Shown here: piece after piece, positions 40,360 to 52,500 of the stretch
Layout of the letters: every line of letters starts with the position of its first letter
How positions within the stretch are numbered: the stretch's first letter is position 1
Assembly: GCA_964016885.1 (NCBI GenBank)
Contig: OZ024743.1
Coordinates: 183,954,001-184,018,000, forward strand
Direction: 5' to 3'
From: Eledone cirrhosa
Taxonomy: Eukaryota
Length of the DNA: 64,000 nucleotides
Made by a program: the position numbers and the translations under genes
The notes under the pieces: generated by a model
Seen by the model: the letters and a program-made list of their open reading frames with translations, nothing else
The model's database searches: none
What the model was told of the DNA's origin: nothing

Positions 40360-43300
40360 ATGTCAAAGTTAAAGTCAAATTCACCTCGTGGACGAGAATG
40401 CGAGCACTCCTCTTTGTTTCGTCCGCGGATGGCTAACACAACCTCATCTCCCCCCCCCCCTCCAAACGCAACCCAAAACTTCAGAGTTGGTACCATAAAT
40501 GTAGGCACCCTAAAGGGTCGCGCTAACGAGGTTGTAGAAATGCTTGAACGTAAGGAGGTCGATGTTTGTTGTATTCAAGAGACCAGGTGGAGGGGTGGGT
40601 CTGCTAGATTCATTGAGGGTAAAAAACGATGTTATAAGCTTTTCTGGGTGGGAAACGACGATGGGCTGGGTGGAGTAGGAATCATGGTAGCAGAAAAGTG
40701 GGCAGATAAGATAATAGACGTAAGTAGAGTGAACGACAGAATAATTAAAATACGACTTGTCCTCAATAGAACTACGGTGACAGTAATATCTGCGTACGCA
40801 CCCCAATCCGGACTGGCCGGCATTATAAAAGACAGATTCTATGAGACACTGTTGCTAACTACCTCCCAAATATCTGACAGTGACTATATAATTATTGCAG
40901 GCGACCTAAATGGTCACGTTGGACAACATTGTGACGGCTACGACGAAATCCATGGAGGCTATGGGTTTGGTACTAGAAATGAGGAAGGCTCCAGAATCCT
41001 GGAATTCTGTGATGCAAATAACCTAACTATCTGTAACACTAACTTCAAAAAACGTGACAATCACCTGATCACCTATAGATCCGGGGAACACACAAGCCAG
41101 GTAGATTATATCCTTACCAGAAGACGTGACAGAGTGTCTGTTGTAAACACTAAATCCCTCCCCCATGAAGAATGCACCTCCCAACATAGACTGATAATTA
41201 GCGACCTCATAGTCAGGACGAGACGTACTCGACAGCAGAAGAGGACTATCCTCAGGAGGAAAATATGGAAACTAAAGGACCCCACAGCCAGAAATAAATT
41301 TCAAAGCATATTACTTGATGCTTTCGACAGTAAGGAAGAGCATCTAGAATCGGACAATATAGAGGGACAGTGGGAATTTCTGAAAGCAAACCTGCTGTTG
41401 GCGACAGACGAAGTCTGTGGCTGGAGCAGGCCGGTAGGCAGGAGGAGAGTAACATGGTGGTGGAACAGTAGGGTGGAGGGGTCAATTAAGGCCAAAAAGC
41501 AGGCTTGGAAAGTATGGCGGGATGGGGGAAGTAGAGTAGACTATCAAGTGGCCAGGAGGGAAGCTAGGAGAGAAGTGTACTTAGCAAGAAGGGAAGCTGA
41601 GGAAAGAAAGTTCAAGCATGTTCTACAACGCGATGACCAAAAACGTGAGGTGTTCAGGATTGCTAGGCAATGCGTCAAGGAAAACCGTGATATTGTCGGG
41701 GAGAAGTGTGTACTTAACGATGATGGCATACTTGCCATCACCGACACTGATAAGAAGGTAGCTTGGAAGTGTCACTATGAAAGGCTACTAAATGAGGAGA
41801 ATAAATGGGAGAAAGACAGTCTCCCCCATATCGACCCAATAGAGGGACCAGCAGTGTTAGTCGAGGGGAGTATAATAAGTAAGGCAATCAAGGATACGAA
41901 GACGGGTAAGGCGGCTGGGCCTTCGGAAATAGTTGCTGAGATGCTGAAGGCATCTGGCACGGTGGGACACACCATGGTCACCCGCATAGTTAACCAAGTC
42001 GTACAGAATGGGGTTGTTCCGAAGGACTGGCATAGCAGCATCATCGTTAACTGTTATAAGGGTAAAGGAGACGCCCTAGATAGGAGTAACTATAGAGGCA
42101 TTAAATTAATCGACCAGGTTATGAAGGTCACGGAAAAAGTAATAGCGCAACTAATCAGAGAGAGAATTGACCTAGATGAAATGCAGTTCGGGTTTGTGTC
42201 AGGCAAAAGCACCACAGACGCTCTTTTCATAGTACGACAACTACAGGAGAAGTACCTAGCTAAAGGTAAACCCCTCTACTTAGCTTTTGTCGACCTGGAG
42301 AAAGCCTTCGACAGAGTCCCCCGCTCCATTATCTGGTGGGCTCTTAGAAAACTAGGCGTTGACGAATGGCTTGTGAGGGCTATACAAGCCATGTATAAAG
42401 AAACAGTCAGCAAGGTTAGAATTAACAACGAATATAGTGAAGAGTTTAGCGTAAAAGTTGGCGTCCATCAGGGCTCTGTTCTCAGCCCCCTACTATTTAT
42501 TATTGCCCTTCAGGCTATAACAGAGGAGTTCAAGACAGGCTGCCCATGGGAACTCCTATACGCAGACGACCTGACACTCATAGCGGAATCAATGGCCGAG
42601 CTAGAGAAGAAATTCCAAACATGGAAGCACGGCCTAGAGTCAAAAGGACTTAAAATTAACCTGGCTAAGACCAAAGTTCTAGTTTGTAGGAAAGAAAACA
42701 AGGCGGCGGTCCCTTCTGGGAAATGGTCGTGCTCGGTGTGTAGGAAAGGCGTAGGTAGAAACTCCATTTTATGTCCTAAATGCAAAGTATGGGTGCATAA
42801 AAGATGTAGTGGGATCACAGGTAAGCTAACTAAGAACATAGATTTTACATGTGGCCGGTGTTCTGGTGCAATAAGTAGCAGCAAGTGCCCACAAAATACT
42901 AGCTCTTTCAATTGCGCAGAGGGTTCTATAGAAATAGTGGACAGCTTCCGTTACCTGGGCGATAAAATCAGCAGTGGGGGAGGGTGCTCTGAAAGTACTG
43001 TAGCTAGAGTCAGAACTGGTTGGAAAAAGTTCAGAGAGCTTATACCACTATTAGCTGCTAAAGGGTTCTCCCTAAAAATGAAAGGCAGGTTGTACGATGC
43101 CTGCATACGAACAGCAATGTTGCATGGTAGTGAGACCTGGGCATTGTATGCAGAGGATATACGCAGACTAGAGAGGAACGAAGCTTGCATGCTCCGCTGG
43201 ATGTGTAACAGTAATATACGTGAACGGCAAAGCATAAACGAACTAAGGAAAAAATTAGAGATAAGAGGGATCAGATGTTGTTTACTCGAGAGAAGGCTGC

Positions 43301-43527
43301 GTTGGTATGGACACGTGATGCGCATGAAAGTCGATAGCTGTATAACAAAGTGCAGGGCAATAAAGATAGACGGTAGCCACGGAATAGGCAGACCTAGAAA
43401 AACCTGGGATGAGCTGATAAACTCCGACCTCACACACTTACACCTCTCCAAGACAATGTCACTGGACCGAGACCTTTGGCGGTACTCAGTAACAGAGAAG
43501 ACCCGCCTTGCCAGTAGGCATCTCTAA
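40360..43527 (+). CDS. RTE LINE polyprotein A (AP endonuclease, RT, PHD-type finger), intact
   Basis: GTINVGT, IQETRW, SAYAPQ, GDLNGH, SQHR, DLEKAFDRV, QGSVLSP, YADD and FRYLG motifs. The frame is open from 40264; ATG at 40360 taken as the likely start. Confidence 0.96.
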   Translation: MSKLKSNSPRGRECEHSSLFRPRMANTTSSPPPPPNATQNFRVGTINVGTLKGRANEVVEMLERKEVDVCCIQETRWRGGSARFIEGKKRCYKLFWVGNDDGLGGVGIMVAEKWADKIIDVSRVNDRIIKIRLVLNRTTVTVISAYAPQSGLAGIIKDRFYETLLLTTSQISDSDYIIIAGDLNGHVGQHCDGYDEIHGGYGFGTRNEEGSRILEFCDANNLTICNTNFKKRDNHLITYRSGEHTSQVDYILTRRRDRVSVVNTKSLPHEECTSQHRLIISDLIVRTRRTRQQKRTILRRKIWKLKDPTARNKFQSILLDAFDSKEEHLESDNIEGQWEFLKANLLLATDEVCGWSRPVGRRRVTWWWNSRVEGSIKAKKQAWKVWRDGGSRVDYQVARREARREVYLARREAEERKFKHVLQRDDQKREVFRIARQCVKENRDIVGEKCVLNDDGILAITDTDKKVAWKCHYERLLNEENKWEKDSLPHIDPIEGPAVLVEGSIISKAIKDTKTGKAAGPSEIVAEMLKASGTVGHTMVTRIVNQVVQNGVVPKDWHSSIIVNCYKGKGDALDRSNYRGIKLIDQVMKVTEKVIAQLIRERIDLDEMQFGFVSGKSTTDALFIVRQLQEKYLAKGKPLYLAFVDLEKAFDRVPRSIIWWALRKLGVDEWLVRAIQAMYKETVSKVRINNEYSEEFSVKVGVHQGSVLSPLLFIIALQAITEEFKTGCPWELLYADDLTLIAESMAELEKKFQTWKHGLESKGLKINLAKTKVLVCRKENKAAVPSGKWSCSVCRKGVGRNSILCPKCKVWVHKRCSGITGKLTKNIDFTCGRCSGAISSSKCPQNTSSFNCAEGSIEIVDSFRYLGDKISSGGGCSESTVARVRTGWKKFRELIPLLAAKGFSLKMKGRLYDACIRTAMLHGSETWALYAEDIRRLERNEACMLRWMCNSNIRERQSINELRKKLEIRGIRCCLLERRLRWYGHVMRMKVDSCITKCRAIKIDGSHGIGRPRKTWDELINSDLTHLHLSKTMSLDRDLWRYSVTEKTRLASRHL

Positions 43528-43882
43528 CAAAATACACCCCGTCCCGCCACCACCCCCACCCCATCCTCACCACCCCGTTCTATGTAAAGTTATGTTGGTG
43601 CCGCGCCATCCAGGCCGAAACAAATGAGATCGTGTAGGTGTCACGACAAAAAAACACACAGTCCACGCTGTAATGTGGCCGTGTAGGCAACACGGTAAAA
43701 ACCTCCCAGACCCACACTGTAAATGTGGTTGGTGTTAGGAAGGGCATCCAACTGTAGAAAACCTGCCAGACAGTCCTATGCGAGCAAGACAATCACTCTT
43801 GCCTCAAGTGGGACTACCCCCGTCCAAACCCATGCAAGCGTGGAACACGGACGTTAAACGTTGATGATGATGATGATGATGA

Positions 43883-43957
<75 letters not shown>

Positions 43958-43986
43958 TTATATATATGATGATGGTGACATATATA

Positions 43987-45296
43987 CGAGGGGGGATCAA
44001 AAAGTTCGCGGAATTTTTCAGAAAATATTCTATTTTTCAAAAAATATGATTTGCCTTCAATTTATTTTTCTACATAGTTGCCATCCAGGTCAATCCACTT
44101 AACAAGGCGATGCTTCCAGCTTCGTAAGCCGTCTCTAAAGAAAGTTGAAGGCCTTGTTTGAAGCCATGTGTTGGCAGTGTTTTTAGCTTCTTCAACACCA
44201 CTAAAACGGGTTCCTTTTAGCATTTCTTTGAGTTTTGGAAAGAGGAAAAAGTCTGATGGGGCTAAATCTGGACTATAAGGCGGGTGAGGAAGCACTTCCC
44301 ATCGAAATTCTCGAAGAACTTCTTTTGCAACCCACGCAGAATGCGCTGGTGCATTGTCATGGTGAAACAAGATCCCACCATGAAGTTTCCCTTTTCGTTT
44401 CTTGACTAATGCCTTTTTCAGCTTCCTTAAAACATTTGCATAGTAAGCTCCTGTCACAGTTCTTTGACCTTCAAGATAATCTATTAGTATCACCCCATCT
44501 GAATCCCAGAAAATGGTGGCCATCACTTTTTGATCCGACTTTTGAGATTTGAACTTGATTGGCCCCGATGATCCAGGTGGAAGCCACTGTTTTGACTGCT
44601 GTTTGGATTCAGGATTATACTGGTAGATCCAGGTTTCATCTCCGGTGATGATTCTGGTCAGGAAATGCTCTTCATCAACTTCAATTTTGTTTAATATCGC
44701 CAAAGACAGATCACTTCGAAGAATCAGCTGATCAGGGTGCAACGCTTTTGGGACCCATCGTGCTGAAAGCTTGCTTAGTCCCAAATTATCGTGCAGAATT
44801 GAATTTGCCGAACCATATGAAATGTCTAGGGACTTAGCTAACTGATTAACTGTTATTCTTTGATCTTCTTCAATTAAAGTCTGAGTAGCCTCAACGTTTT
44901 GGTCATTTTTTGATGTTCCTAGTCTTCCACTGTGATGGTCGTCTTCAAGGTCGTCTCTCCCTTGTTCGAATCGCTGAATCCATTTGTAGACAGCAGTTTT
45001 CTTTGGAGCAGTAGTACCGTAAACTTTAACTAAAGCCTCCATAATCTATGTCCCTTTCCATTTGAGTTTCACCAGAAACTTGATATTCGATCTTATCTCA
45101 AAATAACTATTTTCCATTGTTCCAAAAAGAGGTTTTTTAAAGAGTGTCAGTACTGTACAATAGTCCACGCATAACTGACTGCAAGTGACTAATAGCAAGG
45201 TAAACACCCAGTGACAATGTTCTGACGTGTTTAATATTGTTTTAATCTATTTTTTCTTACTACGATAAAATTCCGCGAACTTTTTGATCCCCGCTC

Positions 45297-45297
<1 letters not shown>
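43987..45297 (-). mobile_element. Mariner DNA transposon, 1311 bp
   Basis: About 30-bp TIRs CGAG(G/C)GGGGATCAAAAAGTTCGCGGAATTTT; TA TSDs at 43985-43986 and 45298-45299. Confidence 0.95.
44062..45117 (-). pseudogene. Mariner DD34D transposase with one in-frame stop near the N-terminus
   Basis: WVPK, TGDETW, HHDNA and YSPDLAPSD motifs; ATG at 45117, TAG at 45048-45046, then open for 326 aa from 45042. Confidence 0.9.
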
Positions 45298-45363
<66 letters not shown>

Positions 45364-46650
45364 GATGATGGTGACATATATATATATATGATGATGGTGA
45401 CATATACATATTCATCACCGTTTCGGAAAAAATGAAACGAAATTTCATTTCTCACTCTTAGTACGGCTGTTACTTAAATATAAGTATGTATACGTACATA
45501 CATATATGTATACAGCCGTACAGTAGTATGCATATATATACATACATGCACATATATATATATATGTACGTATGGATTTACAGAACATTTATTATAATGC
45601 TCGGTGTGTTTGTAAACAAACATCCCGAATTAAGCCGTACAGTGTCTAGCAACCATCGTTGCTCATTTGTTCAACACTGACAAAGGAACCATGTACTAGT
45701 TTCAAGTTTATTAGCTATCGTCAGCAACGTATACCTTCCTGCCAGATGATTGAACATCTGAAAGTATATACTTTCCTTATGCATATTAACAGCTGAGCAG
45801 CCTAATTTGCATATCGAGTGAGTTAATCGGCCGGGCGCACCGAAAACGATAGATGGAAAAAATGCAACGAAATTTCATTTCTGAAAATGCAGTGTCTTCT
45901 GCACCCTCTATAAGAGAAAAACCGACTTTAAAAAATCATTTTTGAGACAAAGAGAGAGATTCAAGTGGCAAGTAGAGGAAACCTTTTCGCATTTGCACGA
46001 CGCGGAAAAACAAAGAACATTGTTTACAACGAGGTGTTATAATCAAAAATACAAGGAGGAACACACGCATACATATAGCCACACACAGACAATTAAACAC
46101 ACACACACATCTACACATGTGGTGACTGATAAGTAATAGGTTTGCGTGAATTATGTCTGTGTATGTCTGTCTTAGTATATGTATGTGAGAGTGTATGTGT
46201 GTGTGTGTGTATGTGTGTGAGTGTATGTGTGATAATTTTTATTTTCATTTGCATTAAAACAATAGAAAATGACACGCCTTTGGTTCGTGATTAAATACAC
46301 TCACACATCTACACATATGTAGCAACTAACCAAAAATGAGGTGAAAAGTTATGTGTGTGTCTGCGTGAATGTATGTCTATGTGTGTCTGTTTTAGTATAT
46401 GTATGTGAGAGTGTATGTGTATGATGTGTAGCAACAATTTATTCATTTGGACAGCAACAAAAATTACACAATGAATATTGTTTACCCTAAGGTGCTTCAG
46501 CTTCAAAATTGACAGATTTTCATTTCTAAATTCTATTATCATTACAATTTTGATATGTTTTTAATAAAATATAGATATTTTGAAATAATTACGAGAAAAA
46601 AAAAGATATCTTCATATTTATTGTTTACGATTCTGAATAAGAACAGAAGT

Positions 46651-46691
46651 AACCCGGGAAACGCCGGGAAACGCCGGGTAATCCAGTTAGT
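46651..46691 (+). mobile_element. Helitron-type 3' terminus (5' end not located)
   Basis: ACCCGGGAAACGCCGGG hairpin (partly duplicated) followed by ATCCAGTTAG|T, a degenerate CTAG. Confidence 0.55.
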
Positions 46692-46824
46692 TCCCTATAA
46701 TTGAACACATACCTCTTTGTGTATTCTTCTCTATATACTGTCTTATAAAGAGTCCGGTATCTATCCCTTGAGCTCATTGAATTACAGGGGTTTAATGTGA
46801 GGCTTTAACTCCGTTTTTTAATTT

Positions 46825-46941
<117 letters not shown>

Positions 46942-47008
46942 CACTGCCGTTAGCGAGCTTATACGATTAAGTCTATGCTAAGGTATGTCAATATCTTAAC
47001 ACCAAATA

Positions 47009-47068
47009 TATTTTATCTGATGAAAGCACACTAAATTTTTCTTTCCTTGAAATACGTATAATAAAATA
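47009..47068 (+). ncRNA. Candidate minimal type I hammerhead ribozyme
   Basis: TATTTTAT-CTGATGA-aag...ctt-GAAA-TACGTA-TA-ATAAAATA: 8-bp stem I, palindromic stem III, weak stem II. Confidence 0.45.
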
Positions 47069-47117
47069 AATATGGTATTATAAAGATATTTTCCATTTAT
47101 TAATATTGTTAATATTA

Positions 47118-47224
47118 ATAATTGTTTCAACTTTAGGCACAAGGCCAGCACATACCCAGTTCATTACTGGTACTTTATTTTATCGACCCCGTAAGGATGA
47201 AAGGCAAAGTCAACCTCGGCGGGA
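47118..47224 (-). mobile_element. tRNA-derived SINE, 3' fragment
   Basis: Matches 30289-30395. Confidence 0.75.
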
Positions 47225-47316
47225 ATAAAACTTGTAAAGTGCTTCAAATCTGTTATAAAATTAACTTTGTTGAATGATAATCAACAAACCATATAACTTA
47301 TTGTTTATATATATAC

Positions 47317-47373
<57 letters not shown>

Positions 47374-47374
<1 letters not shown>

Positions 47375-48010
47375 TAGCAGCAGTACCCAACGTTGCCTGG
47401 GTAGGTAAAATAATATCTGCTTTGATGAAAAGGTGTTGATCTTATGATCTTAGCGACTGCTTCTCGATGACTCATCTATGGCCACACATAGGTCATGCGG
47501 GGGAGGATGGTGATGACCTCTATCACTGAAAAACGCGGGTGACTGACGAAGGGGCATGCTGGGGAAGGGAGTTTCGAATTTGAACGAAATCGGTTGAAAT
47601 ATATGGGAGCTAGAGCCGAAAAGGCGGAAATTTGAGCGAAAAGGCGATATTTTCGAATATTTAAGCGGCTACCACGCCGTTCCTTAACAAAAAATCCAAA
47701 ATATAAAGCCATTACAGGATGTGCAATGATAAATTCTATTTTGCTTTAAAATTTGAACGAAATCGGTGGCAAAATGTGGGAGCTAGAGCCCAAAATCTTA
47801 TTTTTTGATACCTAAAAATAGGTGACCCACCCTATCGATTTTTATCTGCAGAATGACCCCGGAATAAAAAAAACGATACGCTGATATATAAAAACACTCC
47901 CCGATGACTAATCTATGAGCCTGTAAAATTTCATGAAAATCGGTCGTAAGATGTAGGCCCCTATAGGTAATACACAGACACACAGATACTTAATTTTATA
48001 TATATACAGA
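47374..48010 (-). mobile_element. Non-autonomous Helitron
   Basis: Minus strand starts TCTGTATATATATAAAA and ends with the ACCCAGGCAACGTTGGGT hairpin plus CTAG|T. Confidence 0.78.
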
Positions 48011-48563
48011 CTAGCAGAAAACCACCCGGTGGGCGGTTTTCTGCTAGCAAATCTAGTGTATATACTGATATTGTTGAGATTTGGATGAGAAATGTTTTCG
48101 GCACCACATGTTCACCGTCTCTCGGTGTGTCTTTTATGCATGTATAAATATATATGTTATCTATACGGTGAAATCTTTGAACTAAATATATGTTAAAACG
48201 AAAAAGGAGAAAAAGAGATTAGTGACGGAAATATAAACGTTATGATACATAAACGTTATGATATAACGATGGAAATATATCTTCAAATGGTCCTTGGCAT
48301 GGTGTCAAGTCAGAACCGCCTCGAACTGGTTACTTCTGGCTTGTGCAAGGTGTCTCTATAGCAACCAGCGATTCCCTCGGCCTCAGTGACCAAAGTCAGT
48401 GGAGAGGGGAAGGTAATGTTTCTATAGCGGCAGCGTTTCTCTTGGTAGTACCAAAGAGGAGAAAGGAAGGGGAAGGTAATATTTCTGTAGCACCTACATT
48501 TGAGTTTTAGGGAAGGACAGACAGACAGACAGACAGACAAACAGAGAAATGCCCATATATTTC

Positions 48564-48570
<7 letters not shown>
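48011..48570 (-). mobile_element. Second Helitron-type element, head-to-tail with the previous one
   Basis: Ends in CTAG within the hairpin CTAGCAGAAAACC...GGTTTTCTGCTAG; (GTCT)n near its 5' end; 5' boundary approximate. Confidence 0.6.
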
Positions 48571-48616
<46 letters not shown>

Positions 48617-48761
48617 CACACACAGAAATGTATATATATTTCTTAGAACAAAATTATTATTAATGTTTTGCTGTTCATAACAATTGGAATTGAAAAATTA
48701 CTTTTGAAATTATTAGTTATTTTACTAATGCTTAGATATGTAAAAATGAAGCAATGTTTCT

Positions 48762-48953
48762 AATAATTGTTTCTACTTTTGGCTCAAGGCCAGCAATAAC
48801 CCAGTACATTACTGGTACTTTATTTTATCGACCCCGTGAGGATGAAAGGCAAAGTTAACCTCGGCGGTATTTGAACTCAGACCGTAAAGGGACGTAACTC
48901 CATGCTATGAAGCATGGTGTCTGACTCTCTACAGATTCTGCCAATCCACCGCC
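48762..48953 (-). mobile_element. tRNA-derived SINE, near full length
   Basis: GGCGGTGGATTGGCAGAAT head, GAGTTCAAATACC B-box, GGTCGATAAAATAAAGTACCAG core and ATT tail. Confidence 0.82.
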
Positions 48954-49545
48954 CTAATGTCTGTACGTAATGAGGGAGTGAGAGGGGAGAGAAAGAAAGG
49001 CAGAGGTGAAGTGACAAAGTGACTCTCTCCTCCTCCTCCTCCATTTCCCCATTCGTCACAGCGATAGAGGGGAGGAATGTTAGTGTGTTACAAAGAGAAA
49101 GAGTGAGAGTGAGAGAAACAGACAGACTAAAAGAGAGGGATAGCTGGAGAGAGAGATAGCAACAGATACAGTACAGTAGCTAAGGGATGTATATATATTT
49201 CTGTGTGTATATATATATACATTTCTGTGTGTGTAATATATATATATCATCATCATCATCATCACCGTTTTACGTCCGTTCTTCCACGCTAGCATGGGTT
49301 AGACGGGTTGTCCTGTTGTGGGCAGTGTCTGGTCGGCTGACCATGCCTTGCTCATACAGGAACTGATCTGGCTTGATTTCTACAGCTGGATGCCCTTCCT
49401 AACACCAACCTCATTTACAGTGAGTGCTGGGTGCTTTTTCGTGGCGCCTACACGTCCACTTTACAGTGTGGGCTGGGTGCTTTTTTGCCGTGGCACCTCC
49501 ACGACCACCTTGCGGTGGGGGGGGGGGGCATATTGTTTATATGCT

Positions 49546-52500
49546 TCAGCATGTACCCATGGGAGGTCGGGTACCCTGTATTACTGCGTGACGCCAGAAG
49601 TCACGGTCGTGTGTCATTGACTTTGAGAGGTGTAGTTGGGTAAGGTCGGCTTTTATCACCTCATCCCAAGTCATCTTGGGTCTCCCCACTCCGCGGTTTC
49701 CATCAACTTCTAGTGCTCTGCACCTTTTTATGCAGCTGTCATCCTTCATACGCATCACATGTCCATACCAGCGTAACCGCCTCTCCTGCACGCAGCATTT
49801 GATTCCTCTTATGCTCAGTCTCTCTCTCAATTCATTTATGCTTTGTCGTTCACGTATATTACTGTTACACATCCATCGGAGCATGCAGGCTTCGTTTCTC
49901 TCTAATCTACGTAAGTCTTCCACCTTCAGCGCCCAGGTCTCACTACCATGCAACATCGCTGTTCGGATACACGCATCATACAGTCTGCCTTTCATTCTGA
50001 GGGAGAAGCCTTTTGCAGCTAGCAGTGGTAGTAGTTCCCTAAACTTCTTCCATCCCGTTCTTACCCTAGTTATTGTACTTTCTGAGCACCCACCTCCGTT
50101 GCTAATTCGGTCACCTAGGTAGCAGAAGCTGTCTACTGTTTCTACAGGGCCCTCCCAGAGATTGGTGGTACTTGTTTCCTGTGGCTGTTTGCTTGCTGTT
50201 TCAGCACAGCTGCTGCATGTGAATCCTACATTCTTAATTAAGCTTCCTGAGATCCCGCTACATCTCTTGTGTACCCATTGTTTGCATTTGGGGCAGAGAA
50301 TGGAGTTCCTACCTACACCTTTCCTACATACTGAGCAAGGCCATTTCCCTGAGGGGATCTGGGTTCTGTTTTCTCGTCTACTTATAAGGACCTTAGTCTT
50401 TGTCATGTTGACTTTGAGGCCCTTTCTCTCTAGTCCCTGCTTCCAGGTTTGGAATTTATTCTCTAGTTCTACCATAGATTCAGCTATGAGTGCGAGGTCA
50501 TCAGCATACAGGAGTTCCCATGGGCATCCGGTCTTAAACTCCTCCGTTATTGCCTGCAGGACTATGATGAACAGGAGAGGGCTAAGAACAGAGCCCTGGT
50601 GGACCCCAACCTGTACGCTAAATTCCTCGCTATACTCATTGCCAATCCTAACTTTGCTGACTGCTCCCCTATACATGGCTTGTACCGCTTTCACAAGCCA
50701 TTCATCTACTCCTAGTTTTCTAAGAGCCCACCAGATTACTGCACGTGGAACTCTGTCAAAGGCTTTCTCAAGGTCGACAAATGCCAAGTAGAGTGGCTTA
50801 CTTTTAGCTAGGTACTTTTCCTGTAATTGCCTCACAAGGAAGAGCGCATCAGTGGTGCCTTTCCCTGGAACAAACCCAAATTGCATCTCGTCTATATTCA
50901 CCCGGTCCCTAATCAGCTGTGCTATAACTCTTTCTGTTACTTTCATGACCTGGTCCATCAACTTTATACCTCTATAGTTTCCTCTATCTAGTGCATCGCC
51001 TTTACCTTTGTAGCAGTTGACAATGATGCTACTGCACCAATCTTTTGGTATGGCCCCCTCTAGTATTACCTGGTTAACGATACGTGTGGTTATAGTGTGA
51101 CCTACAGACCCAGATGCCTTCAGCATCTCGGCAGCTATACCCGATGGACCGGTTGCCTTCCCTATCTTCATATCTCTGATTGCCTTACTTACTACGCTGC
51201 CGCTGACTTGTACTGCTGGTCCCTCTATAGGGTCTACGTGGGGTAGGGTCTCTTCTTCCCATGCATTCTCCTCATTTAGTAATCTATCATAATGACTCTT
51301 CCATGCATCTTTCTTCTCAGCACTTGTGAGGGCAAGCTCACCTTTATCATTCCGGATACACTTCTCTCCAATGACATCACAACTATCTCTGACACACTGC
51401 CTCGCAATCTTGAATACCTCCTGTTTCTGGTCCTCACGTTGTAAAACATGCTTGAATTTTCTATCCTCTGCTTCCCTCCTAGCTAAGTATACTTGTCGCC
51501 TAGCTTCCCTCTTGGTCTCTATGTAATGTACCCTGCTCCCCCCGTTCTTCCATTCTTTCCATGCCTGTCTCTTGGCCTTGACTGCTTCATCTACCTTATT
51601 GTTCCACCACCAAGTCACTCTCCTCCTGCTTGAGGTCTTACTCCAGCCACAAACCTCATCCGTCGCCTCTAGTAAGTTATTTTTTAGGAACTCCCAGTTC
51701 TCTTCTACGTTAAATGTCTCTATCTGTTCTTCTTTACTGTCGTAGGCGTTGAGTAAAATATCTTTAAATCTGTTACTGGTTGAGGGGACTTTCAGCTTCC
51801 AGATCTTTCTTCTCCAGGTTGGCCTCTGTTTCAGGGCTCGTCTAGTTCTGACCGTGAGGTCGCTGACAACTAAGCTATGTTGGGATGTACATTCCTCACT
51901 AGGGAAGGCTTTTGTGTTTACGACCGTCCATCTGTCACGTCCTCTGATGAGGATAAAATCTAACTGACTAGAGTGCTCCCCTGATCTATAGGTGATCAGG
52001 TGGTTGTCGGGTTTTTTAAAGTTTGTGTTACATATCGACATGTCATTGGCGTCGCAGAATTCTAGAAGTCTGAATCCTTCCTCATTCCTTGTGCCAACTC
52101 CATGGCCTCCATGTACTCTATTGAAGCCGTCGCAGTGTTTACCTACGTGTCCGTTAAAATCTCCTGCAATGATTAGGAAGTCCTTGTCGTCTGTTAGAGC
52201 AGTAGTGTGTATTAGGGACTCGTAAAACCTATCCTTAAGTTCGTCTGGCAGCCCCGATTGGGGTGCGTAAGCTGATATTATTGTGGTAATTGTCTTATTC
52301 AGGACTAGTCTGAGTTTAATGATTCTTGCATTTACCCTGTACACTGAGATTACTTTATCTACCCACTTGTCAGCTAATAGTATACCTACACCACCCATCC
52401 CATCGTCATTTCCCACCCAGAAAAATTTGTAGCACTGGCTTTTTCCTACAAGGACTCTAGCAGACCCTCCTCTCCATCTAGTCTCTTGCACACAGCATAC

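Noticed and set aside
40230-40360. HDV-like ribozyme in the RTE 5' UTRs
   Set aside because: Known from some RTE elements, but I could not build the nested double pseudoknot by eye in either family; a covariance-model search is needed.
49676-52225. Antisense ORFs over the RTE and Gypsy coding regions
   Set aside because: Shadow frames of the real ORFs, with no independent motifs.
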